Positions 23,716-37,023 of a DNA stretch of 64,000 nucleotides are shown piece by piece. The stretch is from Octopus sinensis (Eukaryota). The DNA lies in contig NC_043019.1 in assembly GCF_006345805.1 (NCBI RefSeq), forward strand, positions 10,663,360-10,727,359, in the 5' to 3' direction. A model generated the notes under the pieces. The model made no database searches, was not told the origin of the DNA, and saw only the letters and a list, made by a program, of their open reading frames with translations. Position numbers and translations under genes: made by a program. Every line of letters starts with the position of its first letter. Position 1 is the first letter of the stretch.

Positions 23716-24948
23716 ATGTATGTATCTATCTTTGTATGTATGTAAACTGAAACAATTGTAAAAGAGTATTGTACAATTTTCTGAATATTTCGTTATTTTG
23801 GCAAGGACGAAGGCTGAAAAACATAATTAATAAATTAATGGGTTCTTGATTTTCGAGGTAATAGTTTGGTAAGTTAATAGTTTCATGTGCTAACAATTTA
23901 ATTGGTTAACAAGTCAACTGTTTGGTTGTTTTGTTTATGAGTTTAATGGATTAGTGGTTTAATGGGATTTTGGCTGATGAAATTAATGATTTAATGGGGT
24001 ACTTTGATCAATTAATGGCTTAATGGATTAGTTTGATGGGCTAATGGCTTAGTCTGATGGGTTACTAGCTCAACAGGCTGATAGTTTAGTTGGCTAACAG
24101 CTCAATTGGTTAATAGTTTAATGGCTAACAGATTAATGGGTTAACAAGATAACATGCACCAGATATGTAGAGTACATTGTTTGGAAAACTAATGCAAGGT
24201 TGAGCATGGCAGAAATGTTTTTCATTACCGGATTGTTTTTTTTAAATCAGAGACAATACCCTAACAACAACATCAATAACAAATAACAATATCGTTTTAT
24301 CAGTAAGAGAGGGGATCAGCAATGACGTAATTGTAAGACCCGTGACAACATGGTTATCAACAACAAACAACAACACCGTTGACATCATCATTGCTGTTGT
24401 TGTCAGTATCAACCCCACCGCCACCACCACCACCACCACCACCACCACCACCACCACCATCATCACCATCATCATCACCATCATCACCAACCAGGGCCAA
24501 GAAGGCAGCAGAGCCAGTCACTGGGGGTACTTCTATTGTTGTTGTTGTTGTTATTACTATTCTGCAGATTATCTGGCTGAAACCAAATCAAAATCTTTGA
24601 ACAGATGAAGGAGGTGATGGCAATGGAAGTGGTGGTGGCGGCAGTGGTGGTGGCGATGGGTACTGGGGAGGAGAAGGAAAGAGAGGAAGGAGGAAGAGAA
24701 TGGAGAGCAGAGTGGAGACAGGGCAAGGTGGCTCTCTTTTTCTCTTTCCACCTTTTTCTGTCTACACCTCTCTCTTTCTTTCTCTTCATCATCCTTGATA
24801 AAAAAAAAAACGCAGTGAAGGGTGTTTTCGCAGAAAAATACTGATTAACAACATCAACAACAACAGCAATGACATCAACAATAACAAAAACATCATTGAC
24901 ATATACATCAATAACAATAACAACTTCAATCAGTATTATCATGAGACA

Positions 24949-25745
24949 GGGACAGTGGAAAGCTGGCAGAAACGTTAGCACACTGGGCGAAATGCGTAGC
25001 CGTATTTCGTCTGCTGTTACGTTCTGAGTTCAAATTCCGCCGAGGTCGACTTTGCCTTTCATCCTTTCAGGATCAATTAAATAAGTACCAGTCACGCACT
25101 GGGATCGATATAATCACCTTAATTCGTTTGTCTGTCCTTGTTTGTCCTCTCTGTGTTTAGCCCCTTGTGGGTAGTAAAGAAATAAGTATTTTGTCTGCTT
25201 CTACGTTCTGAGTTCAAATTCCGCTGAGGGCGACTTTGCCTTTCATCCTTTCAGGGTCAATTAAATAAGTACCAGTTACGCACTGGAGGCGATGTAATCA
25301 ACTTAATCTGTTTGTCTGTCCTTGTTTGTCCTCTCTGTGTTTAGCTCCTTGTGAGTAGTAAAGAAATAGGTATTTCGTCTGCCACTATGTTCTGAGTTCA
25401 AATTTTGCCGAGGTCGACTTTGCCTCTCATCCTTTCGGGGTCGATTAAATAAGTACCAGTTACACACTAGGGCCGATATAATCGACTTAATCCGTCTGTC
25501 TGTCCCCTCTGTGTTTAGCCCCTTGTGGGCAGTAAAGAAATAGGTATTTTGTCTGCCACTATGTTCTTGAGTTCAAATAGGTATTTCGTTCATTTTATAT
25601 GAGTTCAAATTCCACAGAGGTCAACTTTGCCTTTCATCTTTCTGAGTTGATAAACAAAGTACCAGTAAAACACTGGGGTCAATGTAATCAACTTATCCCC
25701 TCCCCTGAAATTGCTGGCCCTGTGCCAAAAAGCATTTGAAATCAA
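24949..25745 (+). mobile_element. SINE-B tandem array (3 units, one stub, one alternative-tail unit)
   Basis: Junctions near 25184, 25369 and 25542 read aaagaaata(a/g)gtattt. Confidence 0.9.
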
Positions 25746-26734
25746 TATTATCAGACAGTCATTAGGAGCAGTGTAATGTTAATGAAACTTCCCACCACCA
25801 CTCCTAATGAAGTAAGGAGTAGTAAAATGCTACCTTCTGCCCCAGCCCCACCCACTCCTGTGGTGCTGCTGGTTTCCTTTGAGTTATTATTTAACCACAG
25901 GCCAGACCAGACATAACACAGAGCCACCCAGTACACTCCATACAGTGGTTAATGTTAGGAAGGGTATCCAGCTGTAGAAACCATGCTAAATCAGACAGCA
26001 GAGCTTGGCACAGCCCTCTGGCTTGCCAACTCCTGTTGAATCATCCAATTCATGCCAGTAGAGCCAGAGAGGTTTTTCATGGAAGACTGGAAATGAACAA
26101 CCCTGCTTATATGACGGTGATGTTCATTTCCAACCATCATGCGATGTGAAGACATCACACATACAACATGTCAAGACAACAAACACACAATCTCCGTGCA
26201 AAACCACACTGACCCACAAAGGTTTTTCGTCAGCCTGGGTTTATAGTAGAAGACACTTGCTCGAGGTGCCATGCAGTGGGATTGAACCTCAAACCACATG
26301 GTTGGGAGGTAACCACACAGCCATGCCAGTGCCTATACATGTATACATGTTCAGTGACCACATTTTACACTTGCAACATGGTTTCATGGTGCTGCTCAAA
26401 TAATTTGAATACAGCAATCTTCCACAGACTTCCGCAGCAGTTGAGGTCACTCTACAGTTTGCCAGAGGGCACCAATTAGCAATATGTGATGGTGAGGGAT
26501 GGGTGAGGAAGAGGAAGAGAGAGTGCAATCTTGTAATTAACTCTACTTAAACCATTCAAGGGATTAGTTAGTTAATCACAGCTGTGCTGGGTAGAAGGGG
26601 GTGGTTGTTCTATTATTGTTGGAAAATCCAAATTATGGTTATATAATAACGATACACACTAATTGGAAGTGGTCTAGGTATTTGGAGAGAAGCAATAACA
26701 AGAGTTATATTATTAGATAAATAGAGACAATTCG

Positions 26735-27125
26735 GTTGTGATACCTGTGCCGGTGGCACGTAAAAAGCAGCATCTGAACGTGGCCATTGCCAGCCTCCCC
26801 TGGCACCTGTGCCGGTGGCACGTAAAAAGCAGCATCTGAACGTGGCCGTTGCCAGCCTGGCTTGGCCTCCGTACTGGTGGCACGTAAAAAGCACCATCCG
26901 AACGTGGCCGATGCCAGCCTCCCCTGTCACCTGTGCTGGTGGCACGTAAAAAGCACCCACTACACTCACGGAGTAGTTGGCGTTAGGAAGGGCATCCAGC
27001 TGTAGAAACACTGCCAGATCAGACTGGAGCCTGGTGCAGCTTCTTGGCATCCCAGACCCCAGTCGAACTGTCCAACCCGTGCTAGCACGGAAAACGGATG
27101 TTAAGCGATGATGATGATGATGAGA
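26735..27125 (+). mobile_element. RTE 3' UTR fragment with internal tandem ggcacgtaaaaagca repeats
   Basis: Ends aaaacggatgttaagcgatgatgatgatg. Confidence 0.88.
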
Positions 27126-28539
27126 GACATTACAGATGGATGGATAGATGGACAGATGTAGATACACACATAAATTCGATGGATAGCTAGATAGATAGAT
27201 ATACAGAGAGATAACTAAATAGATTGATATATGGATGATGGATGGATGGATGGATAAATATAGAGAGAGATAACTAAAAAGAGGGATGGATGGATGGATG
27301 GATGAACAGACAGACAGCTACTTAGAGATATAAATAAACCCAAAAGGTAGACAGACAGGCAGATAGATATACAGATAGCTAGGTGGGTAGACAGATAGAC
27401 AGACAGACAGATAAATAGATAGATGGAGACAGGTAGAGATAGACACAGATAAAGGTAGATTGGTAGGATAGATAAAACAAACACCTAGATGGACAGATAT
27501 AGGACCCCTTGTGGGCAATAAAGTAATATGTATAAACAGACTGATAAAGAGCATGGGGTGGGGGTCATAGAAAAAATGTCTACTTCAACAAATGCCATTT
27601 GACCCATGGAAAACTGGACATTAAAATGATGACAATCACAATCACACACACACACACACACACATATTGGGTTTCTTTCAATTTCAGTTGACCAAGGGTT
27701 GCTTGTTAAACTTTGGATTTGCCTGGGACTATAGCGGAAGACAGTCATTTGACCAAGGTACCACCGAGTGGTATTGAACCTGAAACCAACGTCATTGAGA
27801 AACAATATTTCTTTGCAACACAGCCATTTCCAAGTCTATGTGAATATAAATAACATGTGGAGGGGGGTTTGACTGTGTTTGTAGTTGTTTCTATACATAC
27901 ATGTGTGTGTGTGTGTGTGAAAATGTGAGTGAGTGAAAGCGTGTGTGTGTGTGAAAATGTGAGTGAGTGAAAGCGTGTATGTGTGTGTGTGTGTGAAAAT
28001 GTGAGTGAGTGAAAGTGTGTGCACGTGTGTGTTTGTGTGGTGTGTGTGTGTGTGTATGAGTGAGTGTGTGTGTGTGTGTGTGTGTATGCACACCCCCTTT
28101 TAGAAGTCACTATGTGTATCTGGCATTGTGTGTATGTGTAGCCCTCCTCCTCCTCCAGGGGTGAAGCTAAATGTCACACAAATAGTGAGATCAGACCCAG
28201 AGTAACCTGACATACATCTTCAGCGAAACCCTTCACCCCACCAACCAACTTATATGGCTAGGGAGTGGGGGAGTATCCACATACCACTGCCCTCATTTTT
28301 TATCCCCCATAGCAACAGCAAATACATTTACCCTCCCCCAACACACACACACACTTGCCTCACTCCCCCTCACTCATCTGCCATATCACTGCTCTTTTTT
28401 ATTTTAACCAAGGCCACCACCACCACCACCACCACCATCACTATCATTTCAACTTTCCATACCTCCTTCCCTTCCAACAATATTCTTTCCCTCAGTAACA
28501 CCCAACTTTTTAACATCACACACATACACAGCCTCTCGT

Positions 28540-28571
<32 letters not shown>

Positions 28572-28576
28572 TATTA

Positions 28577-28676
28577 NNNNNNNNNNNNNNNNNNNNNNNN
28601 NNNNNNNNNNNNNNNNNNNNNNNNNNNNNNNNNNNNNNNNNNNNNNNNNNNNNNNNNNNNNNNNNNNNNNNNNNNN
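28577..28676. other. Assembly gap (100 N)
   Basis: Direct observation. Confidence 1.
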
Positions 28677-29005
28677 CTTTTACTTGTTTCAGTCATTTGA
28701 CTGTGGCCATGCTGGAGCACCGCCTTTAGTCGAGCAAATCAACCCCAGGACTTATTCTTTGTAAGCCTAGTACGTATTCTATCGGTTGTCAAGCGATGTT
28801 GGGGGACAAACACAAACACACACACACACACACATATATATGACAGGCTTCTTTCAGTTTCCGTCTACCAGATCCACTCACAACGCTTTGGTCAGCCCAA
28901 GGCTATAGTAGAAGACACTTGCCGAAGGTGCCACGCAGTGAGACTGAACCCGGAACCATGTGGTTGGTAAGCAAGCTACTTACCACACAGCCACTCATAC
29001 GCCTA
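28677..29005 (-). mobile_element. SINE-A with an internal deletion
   Basis: Family match; jumps from ctatcggt to tgtcaagcg. Confidence 0.88.
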
Positions 29006-29463
29006 TATATATATATATATTTTATATCTGTTTCAGCTATTAGACTGTGGCTAAACTGGAGCACCATGTTGAACAATTCTCAGTCAACAGAATGAACCCC
29101 AGGATCTCTGATTTTTTTTAAAGCTTGGTACTTATTCTATCAGTCAATTTTACTGAACTGCTAAGTTACAGGGATGTAAATATACAAACAACAGTTGTCA
29201 AGTGGTGGTGGACAAGCACACACACACACACGCGATGGACTTCTTTCAGTTTCTAACTACCAAATCCACTCACATGGCTTTAGTTGGCCCAAAGCTATAA
29301 TAGAAGACATTGGCCCAAGGTGCCAGAGAGTGGGACTGATATACATACATATATATATATTATCATGTAAGTGGCTCTTCTATTCAAACATGTTTGGACG
29401 ACTGGAAATGACACCACTTGTATGACAGTGACACTCATTTACAACTATCACAGAATGTTAAGG

Positions 29464-29516
<53 letters not shown>

Positions 29517-30513
29517 CAACTTAAAGAAAACTTCTAACAAGCAAGAAGAAATTTTGTTTCCTTTTAGTTATTGGAAAAGAATTGAATAATATCCGAGGGA
29601 ATACTTTTTACTTTAAACACCATTAATTCCTTTCAAGTGGCTGCAACACAAATTGAACCAGCTGTGCTGAAATGAATGCCAGATTTGAAAAAAAAGCAGA
29701 AGAAAAAGAACATAATTTTACCTTAAAAATACCAATAACTCCCTCATGATTCTACCCACACACCCAAGAAATACCAAGTGACATTACAGCATAAGTATTT
29801 ACATTTAAATTATACATAAGAACAACAAAAAATACAATGTAAATAAGAATATATAGAAGAAAGATATAATCACTGAAATTAAATATTTGATTATTTATGA
29901 TTATTTTATATGAAAATAAATAAGAAAATTTATGATTAATTTGTACAATGACACAAACAAACACAAGCTAATTTTGTTCTTTTTTAGTTGTTGGAGGGGT
30001 GAAAAAATGTAGTTTTAAAAGAAGTTGGTTTAAGAAATATAGACGTAATATGAAAGGAGGTGTTGGAATAAAAGACTCAAATTTTGGTGTACTGTCTATG
30101 AACTGTAATAAGATGGAATGGCCCACTCTGTTGATAAGCCATTCTTGTATTAAATAGAAGACATCAGGGTCAGTCTCTTCAGCAAAACACACATACATAC
30201 TGAAACAGATATTCTACAGCAAAACACCCTTCTTACTGCCAGCTCTTTTTTCCAAGCAAGGTAATATTTTCCCAAGACCAGACATGCTTTTGCAGGGATG
30301 TTGGAAAGGAATGACATTTATTCATAGGCATACTATGTCAAGATAAAGGGGGACACACACACACACAGCAGTCTTCTTTCGGTTTCCATTTGCCAAATCT
30401 ACTCATAAAGTTTTGGCTGGCCCAGGGCTATATTAAGACACTTGCCAAAGGTGCCACAGAGTACAAATGAACCCAAAATCATGTGGTTGGGAAGTAAACT
30501 TCTTAACCACACA

Positions 30514-30565
<52 letters not shown>

Positions 30566-31214
30566 TATATACATACACACACACAGACATGCACACAACT
30601 TGTAAGATAACTAGACAATAGAAAGGATTTAACCAAGAATGCTATTTCCACTGAAATGGATGGAACTGAGAGAGAGAGAGAGAGAGTTGTGTGTGTGTGT
30701 GTGTGAAGGAAAAGAGAAAGGGCCACACAACTGACGGGCCAGCCAGCTTTATGAAAGAAAAAGAGAAAAGAAAGGAAGAGGGCCCATGTCTAGAATGCAA
30801 GAAGATGAAGAATAGAAGAGAAGGAAATAATAAACTTTCTCAATGATAGATGTGTAAAAGACAGCAAAACAAGGATGGAATCAGTGAGTTGAGTTAAGGC
30901 AGGTTGCACTTGGTATAAAAATGGGGACAATATATTTTGGACAGAAGCTAAAATGAATGGATACGATTAAAATAACAACAGAAATACATTTCTTGTTATT
31001 TCATGAAAATCAGAAGGACACACACATACACAATAATTTAAAATACAACTATATATATATATAAATGTGTAGAAAAATACAAACTGGGACAAAAACGTAA
31101 AACATTTAGAAGACGATACAAAAAACATGGACGGGACATTCAAAGCCTTCAATCTTCAGTCAAGAACCGGATCATCCTAGCAATTTCGGCTGAATAATCT
31201 TATATATATAATAC

Positions 31215-31500
31215 AAAATAGGACAAGAATGCAAACTATCCAGACAACTAGGTGATACAAAAATGGGACAACAAAACATCCAGATAGACAATACAAAAAA
31301 AAAAAAAGGACGGGTCATTCGAAGCTTTCTATCCTCAGTCAAGAACTGGATCATCCTCGCAATTTCGGCTGATTAATCTTGAGATTGCTCCAATCTGACC
31401 CGTCCTTGTTTTTTTTTTTTTGTATCGTCAATCTGGATGTTTCGTTGTCCCTTTTTGTATCACCTGGTTGTCCGGATGTTTTGTGTTCTTGTCCCATTTT
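31215..31500. mobile_element. Fold-back element with ~103-bp inverted arms (MITE-like or Penelope-like)
   Basis: Arm 31215-31317 is the reverse complement of 31396-31500. A partial extra copy lies at 31084-31200 and a head stub at 22880-22904. Confidence 0.8.
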
Positions 31501-31707
31501 ATATTTTATATATATATATATATAGCAGCGTACATACACTTTGTTCTCTTATATATATATATATATATATATAGTAAATAAAAATGAATGAATAGTTTAA
31601 AACATCACTATATGTGTTTCAATAGTATGCTTTAATTAAAATACAAATCCATCACATAACATACATGTATTGTAATCCACCAGCCCTTTCTTCCAGTGAT
31701 ATTCAAC

Positions 31708-31741
<34 letters not shown>

Positions 31742-31763
31742 TACAGATACATATAAGAAAAGA

Positions 31764-32093
31764 GATGACAAAGGAACAAATGATTGCCTTATTAACTTCA
31801 TTGGCTTACAGATGTTTCTGCAATAAGATGGGGTGGACTTGTAGTTGAATGCCTGAATAATGCCTTACAGTTTCATCCAAGCCTCAAACATGAAAGTGCA
31901 ATTTATTTGGGAAAACAAATTTCCCAAATAAATTGTACCTCATGTTTGAGGCTCTGATGAAGCTATAAAGTGTTTACTCAGGCACTCAACTATCAGTCAA
32001 CCACATCTCACAGCAGAAACAGCTGTAAGTCAATGAATGAAGTTCATAAGATAATTGGTTATTCCATTGTCACCTTTTTTCTTATTAGTGCTC
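31764..32093. mobile_element. Fold-back of two inverted copies of a probable Penelope-like terminal repeat
   Basis: Arms 31764-31914 and 31920-32093 surround a 5-nt loop. The right arm carries CTGATGA (31954) and GAAACAGCTGTA (32016). A related solo copy lies at about 57757-57850. Confidence 0.65.
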
Positions 32094-32167
32094 TGTACTC
32101 GACTAATGCTTCATTCAGAAGTAATATACATAGTGAATTCTACACCAGATTATTAATACATACATAA

Positions 32168-32227
<60 letters not shown>

Positions 32228-32409
32228 TGGGACAGATATATATATATATATATATATAGGTACAGAAGGAAGGAAGGGTAGATTTTGTCATGAAGCTGTG
32301 AAAAGTTGGTATTTCGTAATTAGTTAACAAAAATGTGCAGCTTATAGAAACAATGATGAATGATGAAAACCTTAGATTCAATATATTTTTATGCATCATA
32401 CTAGAGTGC

Positions 32410-32695
32410 CATATTGGTAACCCATTAAATTAACCCATTAAATTTGTGTTTTGGGAACAAGTACTGGTAACCCATTAAATATGCATCGAGGGAACACATA
32501 CTGTCAACCTACTGAATTAATGGTTTTGGGAACATACTACCCATCCATTAAACTGGTCATTTGGGAACATACCGGCAACCCATTAAATCAGTGTTTGCTG
32601 GGGAAACATACTGTCAGCCTATTAATATTTGGGAACATACTGTTGTCCACCCATTATACTGGTGTTGTGGAAACACACTTACAACCTATTAATCA
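32410..32695. repeat. Degenerate ~35-45-bp minisatellite (aacccattaaat…tttgggaacatac)
   Basis: About seven diverged units. Confidence 0.85.
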
Positions 32696-34892
32696 TGCAT
32701 CATCTCATAGCTTTGACATTTCAATGATGTGATTGTTATTTTTAAAATAGCATTTTAGAGCAGGCGCAAGAGGCCAGATCTGGTCAGTTTGAACACCAAA
32801 TATGTTCAATATTTGGGCTGGATATGGTTAGTTTAATGCAAAAGGGTTAAATCACTGTTTTGACGATGCATGCCGTCAAATTGTAGAATGCTGTCCATTT
32901 ATCATATGTCAATATGGAGCTACGTGCTTATGAGTTTCTACTTGACAACAAGAGTCAAATTTGAAAGTTTACTGACAGTTATCTGTCCCAGAATAATGGT
33001 GAGGAAGTACCAGAAGGTGCTGGGTAGAACACTGTTCATCTACCCTAATCATTGTCCTTGTCTACCATCATCATCATCGCCTTCATTTTCATGCCAGATT
33101 TTTCCATGCTGGAGTGGGTTGGATTGGTCTGTTATACAAAATCTAGTCAATCGCTCATCACAATTGGTTTGTCCCCTATTTTCTGAGGTCCAGCATGCGC
33201 ATGCGCATACGCACTTAAATATTTAAGAGCAAAACAATCAGCCAAGATAAGTGTTAGACACAAACCTTGTGACTGGCCCACATAGCTACATAGAAATTTC
33301 CATGACCACAGACCAAGGCAAATGGCTCAGTCTACTTAGCTGTTAATCAGTCACCTCATCACCATATGTCTCCTTTCCTTGATGGCATGGGTTGGACAGT
33401 TTGACAGGATCTGGCAAGTAGCAGGGCTTTGTGAGTTCTAGTGTCAGCTTTAGCATGGTTTCTACAGCCGGATATCCTTCCTAATGCCAACTACTTTACA
33501 GTATTTACAAGGTCCTTTTTTCATGGCACCAACATTAGTGAGGTTGCCAACTAAGTTGCAAGACAGAAAAAGAAAAGAAAATCCCCCATAACTAAGTGAG
33601 AGGGTATTACGGAGGGGGAGATGGTTTTATACCAGGTGCTGTGAAGTTAAACTATGAAAGAGGGGCAAGAACAGATGTCTTGTTCTAGAAGAGATGCATG
33701 GCTAGTTCACATTAAAAGGGGAAGTAGGAATACTTGGAAATAAGATGAAGATGAACACAAGTGTCTGCAGTGGGAGGGAGCAATGTGTAATTAACAAATG
33801 TTCTGTAAAATGTCAGGCTCTGAGCCTAAGTGCTTCTCTGCAAGTTCATAGTTTGGAACAAGGATGGGTCCCAACCAGTCTGACATATTTCCAGGTACAA
33901 ACAACAAGCCAAATTCTTCAAATGGTACCCCTAAAAGACCTAAATGAGTTGCAAAATGTCAGGAGATCTGTAGAGCAGAGGGGGGAGAGTACTTAGAAGG
34001 AAAAAAAAAAAACCGGAATATGAAGCAAAGAAAAGAAAAATGGAATTTCTGAAGCTTTGCCAGACTTGGAAATAAAAACTAAATGTAAACAACAAAACAT
34101 AATACCATCAAATAATGATAATAATAATAATAATAACAACAAGTGTCTAACAAAATATCAATAATAATGTTAATAATAATAATAGTAATAATAATAATAA
34201 TTATAACATTAACAGACATATTCCTCTTGGCCTCTTGCTTATTTTTTTTAGAGAATGGAGTGGGGGAAATGGGGGTTTGTTTTTAGGGACCAGTGGGTCA
34301 GTAATCAGGTCATAGGTAGCATTGTATGAAACACGGTGGTGGTGGTGAACGGCATGAAGGTAAAAGGGATAGGGGCAGTGGTGGGGGTGGTATCATTATC
34401 ATCATTCAAACAATTGCATAATGAAATGCACTTTTGGGCACTGGCATCAGCATGGCATCTGATGGCCGCGTTGGTGGTGGAGAGCACAGGAGGGAGGGGA
34501 GGTGGTAGTGTAAGGTGGAAGAGTGGGGGTGTGGTGTGGTTGGTGGAGGATGCTGGAGGTGGACGGGTGGGGAGGGTCGGTAGTAGTAGTAGCAGCAGCA
34601 GCAACATTTATAGTAGCAGAGGTCATGGAATGAGACAAAACACACATTACCACTGAGGAGGCAGCTAGGACCCTGATAATGGAAATGTGGACCAGACTCG
34701 GGAACAATGTGAGGATTTTGCAGAAAACCTTTAACAAAAAGATAAAACCGACAATTAGGTGACAGGTTTAAGATAGAAACAAAAAAAAAAAAAAAGAGAG
34801 AGAGACAAATAGAGAGAGTGTAGGGCATGGTAGGCAAAAAATGAAGGACAGAATGATATATAGACTGAAACACATACACACATGTACAAACT

Positions 34893-34940
<48 letters not shown>

Positions 34941-35626
34941 TATACATACATGAATAATAAATACATACACGCAATGGTAATGAACTTGGGGAAAGGAAAA
35001 GCCTTTCTTGTTTAAAAATAATTTGAATCATTATTATCGTTATGATTATACTGCCACTTGAATATGTAAAAAAAAAAATATAGATTTCAATATGTGCATC
35101 ATATATATAGAAACATACACATGCACACAAACAGGTGTGTACATTCACAAATATATTATAGAGTTCATGAATTGGATATATAATCTAGATTTTTGACACA
35201 AGGTTGTTTATACTGGAAATTGATGAAACAATTGTAAACAATATATTAAAAGAAAGTTGCTAACTTCAATGTTCTTTATCATACATACACAAACACACAC
35301 ACACACAATACACACATGTAAAATCAAGTCAAATACTTTTGTTTGAGGAAATATCCATCTTTATAATGCATGCTGCACTTATGAGGTGCATCTATGGATT
35401 GCTTTTATAATGTGACATCATATATTACCAAATACTGAAACATATGTAATAGCTGCCATAAAAGAATACCATGTTGAAATCCTTCCTTATTGATGTGCTC
35501 ATTATATTATGCCCTCTTCAGACCATAGAAGAACCCTGTGTGATCACATCACAATGGGAGGGAGTTTAATGCCAAAATTCAAAAGGTAAAATTGTCACAC
35601 AGTGAGCACAATCATTTCTACATATA

Positions 35627-35664
<38 letters not shown>

Positions 35665-35794
35665 TATATATGTATATAATATATATTTCACTTTTGGATT
35701 TGGTTTGCAAGATTCTTTATATGAGTTCGTGTGTTGAAGCATATTCTGTTGTGTCTGTGGAGAGTTATTTTCTTTTTGTGCCTTATCATCATCA

Positions 35795-36065
35795 TCATCA
35801 TCATCATCATCGTTTAACGTCCGTTTTCCGCGCTAGCACGGGTTGGACAGTTCGACTGGGGTTTGGGAAGCCAGGGGCTGCCCCAGGCTCCAGTCTGATC
35901 TGGTAGAGTTTCTACAGCTGGATGCCCTTCCTAACGCCAACCACTCTGCGAGTGTAGTGGGTGCTTTTTTTGTGCCACCTGCACAGGTGCCAGGGGGGTC
36001 CGGCATCGGCCACGATCGGTTGGTGCTTTTAACGTGCCACCGGCACGGAAGCCAGCCAAGGCGGC
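35795..36065 (-). mobile_element. RTE 3' UTR fragment
   Basis: (cat)n-cgtttaacgtccgttttccg... family match. Confidence 0.88.
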
Positions 36066-36291
36066 GTAAATATTTATTTTATTATAAATGCAAAACAACA
36101 TCACAGAGGAATCAATGTAAGCTTAAATAATAAACCACGATAGGTGAACCACAATATGGCGAAGGATTACTGTAATACCCAAAGAAAATCAGAAGACATT
36201 ATGTTTAGTATTTGATTGGAACTTGGATATACAAAGAGTTCTAAGCATTGGTTAACAATTATGCTGTCTCATTTGAAATAGCAATTTTTCA

Positions 36292-36342
<51 letters not shown>

Positions 36343-36343
<1 letters not shown>

Positions 36344-36550
36344 GCATGTGGCTTAGTGGTCAGGGTGTCAGCATCATGATCGTAAGATAGTGGTTTCGAT
36401 TCCTGGACCAGGGGACACGTTGTGTTCTTGGGCAAAACACTTCATTTCACGTTGCTCCAGTCCACTCAGCTGGCAAAAATGAGTAACGCTGCGATGGACT
36501 GGTGTCCCATCCAGCTTGGGAACACATACGCCATGGAAACCGGGAAACTG
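36343..36550 (+). mobile_element. SINE-E (tRNA head plus conserved central domain)
   Basis: tggcttagtgg A-box, ggtttcgattcc B-box, gtgttcttgggcaaaacacttcatttcacgttgctccagtccactcagctgg. Confidence 0.85.
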
Positions 36551-37023
36551 TTTTATTTATATTTCCTGAGCGCCATACTAATACAATTGTTTGTTTGTAT
36601 TCCACCTGCCTTCGTCTTTTGTTCATTTCCATAAACCTGCCTTCGTCTTTTGTCTATTTTCATAAAGCTTCCCGTTATATATATATATATATATATATAT
36701 ACAAGATTACGAATACAAAAAGAAAACATAGGAGGGACAGGGTTTAACTAATTCTGTATTAATTTAATGCTTAAAAAGAAGCTAAAGTGTCCTGATGTTT
36801 TGAACACTAGGCCTTCATCAGTAAAATGACTGAGAAAAATATAGTTGGGGAAAAAAATGAGGCAAGAGTGTAGGTAGTGAATGAAATTGAGATTAGGCAT
36901 GCTAAGAGTAAGGGAACAAGAGAAGGGGAGAATGAGGAAAAGAGAGACAAAGAAAATGGTGAAGTGATCAAGGGAGTTTGAGTACAGTGTAAGAAATAAT
37001 GAAAAAAGGGAGACATGGTCTAC

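Noticed and set aside
29700-30200. AT-rich hydrophobic ORFs suggesting a mitochondrial insertion
   Set aside because: The frames I translated with the invertebrate mitochondrial code gave no recognisable mitochondrial protein motif.
31130-31380. CTGAAGA/CTGAGGA motifs on the minus strand of the fold-back spacer as hammerheads
   Set aside because: Followed by GAAU rather than GAAA, and no consistent stem III or NUH site.
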